From a virus, in IMG/VR virus record IMGVR_UViG_3300020029_000141, positions 1 to 5,957 of that record: DNA of 5,957 bases; one strand, written 5' to 3'. Below are positions 1-4,336 of the stretch, piece after piece. The notes beneath the pieces were generated by a model. That model had not been told where the DNA came from and did not search any database. It saw only the letters and a list, made by a program, of their open reading frames with translations. Both the position numbers and the translations under genes were made by a program. The first letter of the stretch is position 1; each line of letters opens with the position of its first letter.

Positions 1-121
1 TACACCGGGAACAGCGTTAATCCAATTCAACGACAAATCATTCATATCAAACTTACTGCTATTCGTCCGAAGTTCGGGGTGATACAGCTGAAGCGGCACC
101 CAAAAACGATGAAGGCGAACA
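1..121. repeat. Terminal redundancy, copy 1 (identical to 5837-5957); marks closure of a circular 5836-nt genome
   Basis: Base-by-base comparison: 1-121 (tacaccgggaacagcg...gaaggcgaaca) matches 5837-5957 with no mismatch. The repeat runs to both window ends and lies inside one continuous reading frame. Confidence 0.95.
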
Positions 122-324
122 GTGTAGGGGTTGAACGTCGGAACCGCAAGAGGATTACTACGAACGTCAATACCCTGCTCGATAGAAACGCGATCACGAG
201 CGTTAATAAAATCAATACGCACCGGATACAAAATACCCGGTGTGCACGTAAAGGCCTTATTCTCGGGAACATCGTAGCGAGAATAGCCATTCACAACATG
301 CGAAACAAAGGGTTGTTTTCCCAT
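1..324 (-). CDS. VP1: Major capsid protein (Microviridae VP1/F), 5' part encoding the N-terminal 108 aa; continues across the circular junction into 5836->4337
   Basis: Manual minus-strand translation from ATG at 322-324 gives MGKQPFVSHVVNGYSRYDVPENKAFTCTPGILYPVRIDFINARDRVSIEQGIDVRSNPLAVPTFNPYTVRLHRFWVPLQLYHPELRTN... with no stop. It is in frame with the 4337..5935 ORF (position 99 corresponds to 5935). The PGILYPV...D and R..P...P......R..FWVP pattern resembles the conserved N-terminal region of microvirus capsid proteins. The ORF track misses it because it runs off the window edge. Confidence 0.9.
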   Translation of the reverse strand, partial: MGKQPFVSHVVNGYSRYDVPENKAFTCTPGILYPVRIDFINARDRVSIEQGIDVRSNPLAVPTFNPYTVRLHRFWVPLQLYHPELRTNSSKFDMNDLSLNWINAVPGV

Positions 325-326
325 AA

Positions 327-1397
327 TTAAATAATTAGTTGAAGATTATACTCATCACGCCAAAAGCGCAAGATATCCTCATCCAGAAAGGTCGGAGGAT
401 CCAGATCAGGCATCTTACGCTTCGAGGCACGAAATTTCATTAATTGCTTCTGCTCCCAGGTGTATGAATCTCGACCGGATACGGAGGCAGCGGGAAAGAA
501 AGATGCAACACACAAAGACACGATACGACGCACCAAAGGAGACTTGCTGAAACGTGAATACGCATCAGCAGCCAATACGGCCTTTCGTCTTTCGTCTTCT
601 GGTTTAAGATAGCGATTGTAGTATCGAGGGATCGCGTAATTATATACGACACCTTTCGAAGCGTCCATATAAGACCAAGACGCAACATGTACAGAAGGGC
701 AAGGCTTATAGCCAAGGAAATCACCCACACCAGCACTGACAAACTTGCGAGTGTAGCGCCTGTGTTCAAGAAGGGAAGAAAGAGATTGTAATTTTCCATC
801 TACAGTAACATAACGGTCTTTAATCTGATCGAGATCAAAGCCAATCTGTTTAACAACATATTTAACGCAATATCGAGCACGCTTAAGCGTAGCTTTCGAA
901 AGCCATACATATCCAAGGTCAGAAACCGCCGACCGGATTTCATTATACAAGACATCCGTTCCAAAAAGGAACCCATGAAAATGCAAACGGGGTTCAGAAC
1001 CAATCTCCGGATGGACTCCAAACTCCTGGAAGAAGCAATGTTTAAAAGAATGACCAATCTTGTGCCGAATTCGCTCATTCCATTTGCGTACAAATGAAGA
1101 AGGGTCGAGAAGTGCGTCCTGATAATGGACAGGATTAATAGTGATAGTAATAAAAATGGCCTGCCGAGACTCGGCCTTGCACCGAGCCAACTCACGCTCT
1201 ATACGAACAAACCAATCGTTGCGAAGGCGGCGAAGGCAATCCTCGCACTTACCACAAGGAACCATAAGCCACTGGCGAGAAACATCCCAGGGGCGAAGCG
1301 CAAGCGAAGAACACGCAACATCAGAACCAAGACGAGAAGGGTTCTTCTTGTCGTAATAACGACGGTTTCTAATCCATATAGGAGACAGGCAGGCCAT
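327..1397 (-). CDS. VP4: Rolling-circle replication initiation protein (Microviridae VP4 / phiX174 A-like HUH endonuclease), 356 aa
   Basis: ATG at 1395-1397, TAA at 327-329. Motifs seen: CGKCEDC; motif I-like AIFITITI; HUH motif LHFHGFLF (His codons at 981-983 and 975-977); catalytic paired tyrosines YCVKYVVK (Tyr codons at 870-872 and 858-860), the same Y-x-x-K-Y arrangement as phiX174 protein A. Confidence 0.93.
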   Translation of the reverse strand: MACLSPIWIRNRRYYDKKNPSRLGSDVACSSLALRPWDVSRQWLMVPCGKCEDCLRRLRNDWFVRIERELARCKAESRQAIFITITINPVHYQDALLDPSSFVRKWNERIRHKIGHSFKHCFFQEFGVHPEIGSEPRLHFHGFLFGTDVLYNEIRSAVSDLGYVWLSKATLKRARYCVKYVVKQIGFDLDQIKDRYVTVDGKLQSLSSLLEHRRYTRKFVSAGVGDFLGYKPCPSVHVASWSYMDASKGVVYNYAIPRYYNRYLKPEDERRKAVLAADAYSRFSKSPLVRRIVSLCVASFFPAASVSGRDSYTWEQKQLMKFRASKRKMPDLDPPTFLDEDILRFWRDEYNLQLII

Positions 1398-1399
1398 GA

Positions 1400-1597
1400 T
1401 TAAAACAAAGATTCAAGGCAGTCGAACTTTAAATTGGGGTTCTGATCACGAGATCTCTTTAAAAAACTCAAAGCTGCGGCTTCAGACTCAAACCAAGCTA
1501 TAACGAACCGGCGTCGTCCTCGGTAAAAGGCGACAGACCACCGAAGAGGAGAACCAGAAACAGCAGGACAAAATTTCGGAGCATCACAGTAATCCAT
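1400..1597 (-). CDS. Hypothetical 65-aa protein directly upstream of Rep; possible small DNA-binding protein (AP2-like pattern)
   Basis: ATG at 1595-1597. TAA at 1400-1402 lies 2 nt before the Rep ATG. It is on the same strand as all core genes. The segment RWSVAFYRGRRRFVIAWFESEAAALSF follows the W-x15-F-[DE]-[ST]-E-x2-A spacing of AP2/integrase-type DNA-binding domains. Confidence 0.6.
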   Translation of the reverse strand: MDYCDAPKFCPAVSGSPLRWSVAFYRGRRRFVIAWFESEAAALSFLKRSRDQNPNLKFDCLESLF

Positions 1598-1773
1598 AAT
1601 TTTAGTATTTTACGGAGATCGATTCGACAAGTCGACTGCGATCAAATGGAGAAGCAGGCGCAGAGTCCAATATCCACTCCGTGGATGGCCACGGCCGTTG
1701 GCCGTCTGCACCTGCTTCGGATACCAATTAGAGGACTTTACCTCCAAGGGGGCGCGTTACGACGCGAGTACCC
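1598..1773 (-). other. Structured non-coding region with nested GC-rich stem-loops; candidate complementary-strand origin or regulatory element
   Basis: Longest clearly non-coding stretch on the coding strand. Outer stem 1651-1663 (gaagcaggcgcag) pairs with 1706-1718 (ctgcacctgcttc), 12 of 13 positions. It encloses hairpin atccac/tcc/gtggat (1672-1686) and hairpin acggcc/gtt/ggccgt (1691-1705). Further hairpins lie at 1617-1643 (gatcg..tcgac aa gtcga..cgatc) and 1753-1766 (cgcgt tacg acgcg). Confidence 0.55.
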
Positions 1774-2097
1774 TTACTTTTCTTCCGACGGCGTGACATG
1801 TCCATCAAGTGTAAGTTCTACAACAACGATAAGCGAATCCTGGAAGAAATCGACCGATTTGACAGGAAAAGCATTAAGGAAAGAGCTAATCCGGTCATGG
1901 TGAACATAGGATTCGGTGCTAATAGTATCACGACAAATGAAATCGCCGAGATTGAGAGATTCCATCCAACGCTTAAGAGCATCAAGACGGGTGTCATCAA
2001 GAGGAACGAAATGGTCCTCAACGATAGTACCTATAGAACAGAGATCGATAGAAAGAGCCGGACTAATACGGCGAAAACAAAAATGGATAGAAGTCAT
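1774..2097 (-). CDS. Hypothetical protein, 107 aa (orphan accessory ORF)
   Basis: ATG at 2095-2097, TAA at 1774-1776. Codons are T-ending-rich like the capsid gene (atg act tct atc cat ttt tgt ttt cgc cgt att agt...). Same strand as the core genes. I recognise no motif. Confidence 0.6.
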   Translation of the reverse strand: MTSIHFCFRRISPALSIDLCSIGTIVEDHFVPLDDTRLDALKRWMESLNLGDFICRDTISTESYVHHDRISSFLNAFPVKSVDFFQDSLIVVVELTLDGHVTPSEEK

Positions 2098-2109
2098 AAT
2101 TTATAAAAA

Positions 2110-2355
2110 TTAAAAATGTCTCGCAATTGCACGCCATTCATTGTTAAGGCGAAACCAAAAATCATGGCCTTCAGAAGTTTTATCAAAATCGAAGGCGCAG
2201 ACAATCCAACAATCGATTACAGTCGTATCAACAAACTGATCCAGCGGCATACGAGGAAAGCTGGCGATAAAGTTTGCTACATACCAATCAAAAGCCTGAT
2301 GTGCAACAAGGAAAGGAATGAACTGATTAACGAAAATTTTAGAATTGCGTGTCAT
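2110..2355 (-). CDS. Hypothetical protein, 81 aa from ATG 2353-2355 (the track's 99-aa version begins at a TTG at 2407-2409)
   Basis: TAA at 2110-2112. The first ATG (MTRNSKIFVNQ...) sits 24 nt downstream of a Bacteroides-type -7 box, whereas the TTG start would overlap that promoter. The protein is Trp/Phe-rich (FDWYVANF, HDFWFRLNNEWRAI). I recognise no family. Confidence 0.55.
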   Translation of the reverse strand: MTRNSKIFVNQFIPFLVAHQAFDWYVANFIASFPRMPLDQFVDTTVIDCWIVCAFDFDKTSEGHDFWFRLNNEWRAIARHF

Positions 2356-2379
2356 AGCATCTTGGTTTAAAGGTTTATG

Positions 2380-2410
2380 CAAATATAAGTGCACTGCAGC
2401 GAAAAACAAA
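2380..2410 (-). promoter_or_regulatory. Candidate Bacteroidota primary-sigma promoter (-33 TTTG, 19-nt spacer, -7 TATATTTG) on the minus strand
   Basis: Plus-strand caaatata at 2380-2387 reads TATATTTG on the minus strand (TAnnTTTG). Plus-strand caaa at 2407-2410 reads TTTG. The spacer 2388-2406 is 19 nt. My by-eye scan for CAAAnnTA found only two other sites (48-55, repeated at 5884-5891, and 4118-4125). Both are inside coding sequence and lack a correctly spaced TTTG. Confidence 0.4.
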
Positions 2411-2438
2411 GATCAAAATGTCCACAAAATTGTTAAAT

Positions 2439-3701
2439 TTATCGTTTTTTTCCTATTTGAGATCGAGTAACGCGAGTGCCTCCGATAAAATCACCATCAG
2501 GGCCATAGCGTTCAGTCATGGTTTCCGACGCAGAAGGACCACCGGACTTTGATGCTGCATACACACCTGCAGCAGCAGCGAAGGACTTCGTGACATCATA
2601 GAAAAGAGCGTTCTTGTTCTTACGAATCTGAAACCAACTGCCAGAAAGAGCCTGTCGCGCCTCGCCGAGCTCAAGACCATGGAGATAAGAATAATACTCG
2701 CGACCGGTAATTTCCTCGTACTCGCCAGTAGGCCTGCCCTTATCGTCAACAAGAGGAACCTTAACGGGAGTATCCCAAGTCACCTCAAACATGTGCTGCA
2801 TATCGCTCTGCTGAAGGTCAAGAAGACCGGAACGACTCCAAGACTCGCGAGCAGCAGCATTAGAGGCGGAAGCAAGAGCACGGAGATGAGCAAGATTAGC
2901 AGCAGCAGACTGGTCCAAAAGAGGAATCTCGGCATCATTCTCGGCACGAATGCGCCTCGTGCGTTCAATCTGTTCAGTATAAGCGGCAACAATGCGCTGA
3001 AAATCATAGGTAGCGGCAAGGTCGGCATACTGATTGTAAGCTTCTTGATTGATAGCCAACTCGCCGTAATAAGAGGCGAGCGAGGATTGATTGTCGATGT
3101 TAGCCTTTTTCAACTGCTTCTCAAGCTCGATAAGGGCCTGACCCTGCTCCCTGGTAGGCATCTTATTGCGAATGTCCTCGGCTTGAGCGTTATCAAGGTT
3201 GGCAGCGGCTTTATTGCGTTCGATGGATGCATTGACATTCATAGTCTCAAGAGCAGTTCCAGCAGCAGCAGCACCAACGCCAGGAGGCAGAGGACTGGAA
3301 AAGTCGAATGAACCACCAGAGGGACCAGAGGCGCCTACAGAGCCAGGAGAACCACCAGACATAGTAGCATTAACACCAACACCAGAGGACCCAAGGACAG
3401 CAGCAGGAGTGACACCAGCTTTAAGGTAGCGATCAAAAACTTTAGAGGGATCGTTATAGGCGTTTTCATAGTCAAACTGCTTTTGCCAGTTAGAGTAATT
3501 AATCTCGCCTTGTTTTTGCATCTGTTCAAGGGCATACTGCTGCTGCAGCGCCATCTGTTTCTGCTGATATTTCCACTGCCTCTTAAGGGATGGCTTAAAA
3601 AGGCCAGAGGCGACCTGACCGCCGGCGGAAATACCTGCAGCACCGAGCATAGCACCCATAGAAACAGGCTCGACGTAACTTTTAAAGTCAATAAGCTGCA
3701 T
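2439..3701 (-). CDS. VP2: DNA pilot / minor capsid protein (Microviridae VP2, phiX174 H-like), 420 aa
   Basis: ATG at 3699-3701, TAA at 2439-2441. It has a Gly/Ala-rich hydrophobic N-terminus (MGAMLGAAGISAGGQVASGLF) and the motif FDYENAYNDPSKVFDRYLKAGVTPAAVLG, which resembles the conserved ...AG(L/V)(N/T)P... region of microvirus VP2 proteins. A Gly/Ser-rich linker and a long Ala/Gln/Glu-rich helical region consistent with an H-tube coiled coil follow. It is the second-largest structural ORF. Confidence 0.85.
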   Translation of the reverse strand: MQLIDFKSYVEPVSMGAMLGAAGISAGGQVASGLFKPSLKRQWKYQQKQMALQQQYALEQMQKQGEINYSNWQKQFDYENAYNDPSKVFDRYLKAGVTPAAVLGSSGVGVNATMSGGSPGSVGASGPSGGSFDFSSPLPPGVGAAAAGTALETMNVNASIERNKAAANLDNAQAEDIRNKMPTREQGQALIELEKQLKKANIDNQSSLASYYGELAINQEAYNQYADLAATYDFQRIVAAYTEQIERTRRIRAENDAEIPLLDQSAAANLAHLRALASASNAAARESWSRSGLLDLQQSDMQHMFEVTWDTPVKVPLVDDKGRPTGEYEEITGREYYSYLHGLELGEARQALSGSWFQIRKNKNALFYDVTKSFAAAAGVYAASKSGGPSASETMTERYGPDGDFIGGTRVTRSQIGKKR

Positions 3702-3702
3702 A

Positions 3703-3894
3703 CTAGAGAATGCTATAGTTGTTCGAACGAATAATGTAGTCTACACGAACAGTGTCAATATGAACACCATTACGATAAACTTTAGCCTGTGCAGAACACG
3801 AGGACATAAAGAACGCAGACAAAGCAGCCACAAGGGCCGAAACAAGGGTCCAGAAGGCTTTGGATTTATACCAAGGGGTTTTAGTATCAGGCAT
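3703..3894 (-). CDS. Small secreted or membrane-anchored protein, 63 aa from ATG 3892-3894; lipoprotein-like signal peptide (the track's 98-aa version begins at a GTG at 3997-3999)
   Basis: Sequence is MPDTKTPWYKSKAFWTLVSALVAALSAFFMSSCSAQAKVY... It has a Lys-rich n-region, a hydrophobic h-region (codons about 3805-3855), then a lipobox-like FMSS-C with Cys33 at 3796-3798. TAG at 3703-3705 lies 1 nt before the VP2 ATG. Confidence 0.6.
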   Translation of the reverse strand: MPDTKTPWYKSKAFWTLVSALVAALSAFFMSSCSAQAKVYRNGVHIDTVRVDYIIRSNNYSIL

Positions 3895-3926
3895 AGCTGT
3901 AGTAATTAAAGAACGATAGAAAAATA

Positions 3927-3996
3927 CGCGGCCCTCCTGCAGTCGGTACCCGGGAACCTTTGCGGATTCACGAACTCTCCACAGAAGGGGTCCGCG
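3927..3996 (-). other. GC-rich imperfect long hairpin with an internal palindrome cluster, followed on the coding strand by a T-run
   Basis: cgcgg (3927-3931) pairs with ccgcg (3992-3996), ccc (3932-3934) with ggg (3988-3990), and ctg (3937-3939) with cag (3982-3984). There is an internal near-palindrome ggtacccgggaacc at 3945-3958. On the minus strand the structure is followed by TATTTTTC (complement of 3919-3926). The element lies between the acidic ORF stop (4029) and the ATG at 3894. Confidence 0.4.
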
Positions 3997-4028
3997 CACG
4001 TAACATATATCGTCAAGTAAAGATAGTA

Positions 4029-4325
4029 CTATTTTTCTTCAGTTGACGACGAACTCGAAGCAGGCTTGCCTCCATCAAGCTGGGAATCAATAAGTTCCTG
4101 ACCTACCTCGAGACCATCAAACTTATCCATACGAGAAAATGAATTAGGGTCAAAGTCAATATCAGGATCAAACTTCTCACCCTTATCGAAATCCGACGAA
4201 GTAGCCTCGACATCGGGGCGGCCGGGAAGAACATCAATAGAGCCGGAACCATCGAGGACCGACATAATTCTCTGACCGCGGGAAACATACTCCTCGGGAT
4301 CTTCAAGCATCCAATCAAGTGCCAT
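4029..4325 (-). CDS. Highly acidic 98-aa protein immediately downstream of the capsid gene; possible internal scaffolding protein (positional inference)
   Basis: ATG at 4323-4325, TAG at 4029-4031. By my count it has about 24 Asp/Glu versus 9 Lys/Arg. There are four [DK]-F-D repeats (DFD, KFD, DFD, KFD) within SDFDKGEKFDPDIDFDPNSFSRMDKFDG, and a Ser-rich tail. It begins 11 nt after the capsid stop. Confidence 0.7.
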   Translation of the reverse strand: MALDWMLEDPEEYVSRGQRIMSVLDGSGSIDVLPGRPDVEATSSDFDKGEKFDPDIDFDPNSFSRMDKFDGLEVGQELIDSQLDGGKPASSSSSTEEK

Positions 4326-4336
4326 AATATACGATA

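Noticed and set aside
1-121. The 121-nt terminal direct repeat as a biological terminal repeat (DTR/LTR) or mobile-element boundary
   Set aside because: It lies entirely within the capsid reading frame, which reads straight through the junction. Microviridae genomes are circular ssDNA. The repeat is best explained as the overlap left by assembling a circular molecule.
1651-1718. Possible tRNA or tRNA-like gene, given a closing stem with internal hairpins
   Set aside because: It has only two inner arms with 3-nt loops. It lacks a 7-nt anticodon loop, T-loop (TTC) or D-loop signatures, and a 7-bp acceptor stem with discriminator geometry. It does not fit a cloverleaf.
1646-1903. Plus-strand 85-aa ORF spanning the structured intergenic region
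   Set aside because: It is on the wrong strand for this virus family and runs through the stem-loop cluster into the antisense of the 107-aa ORF. I recognise no motif.
2570-3290. Short gca/agc trinucleotide runs (for example near 2570, 2850, 2898, 3261)
   Set aside because: They encode Ala-rich tracts of the pilot protein (AAAAG, AAAN and similar). They are too short and too irregular to be a tandem-repeat or CRISPR-like feature.
3937-3954. Cluster of PstI (ctgcag), KpnI (ggtacc) and SmaI (cccggg) sites; tcggtacccggg is identical to a 12-mer of the pUC-type polylinker, raising the question of vector contamination or a chimera
   Set aside because: The flanking sequence and the site order are not collinear with the pUC18/19 polylinker in either orientation, as far as I recall it. 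No other vector-like sequence is present, and the region sits inside an otherwise continuous gene order. This is most likely chance in a GC-rich palindromic stretch. A vector screen (for example UniVec) would settle it.
3945-3957. Similarity between ggtacccgggaac (3945-3957) and ggtacaccgggaac (5835-5848), one indel apart; possible repeated recognition motif
   Set aside because: The second copy is inside the capsid coding sequence (encoding AVPGVPG) and its closeness to the arbitrary contig junction is coincidental. Two imperfect copies do not support a functional repeat.
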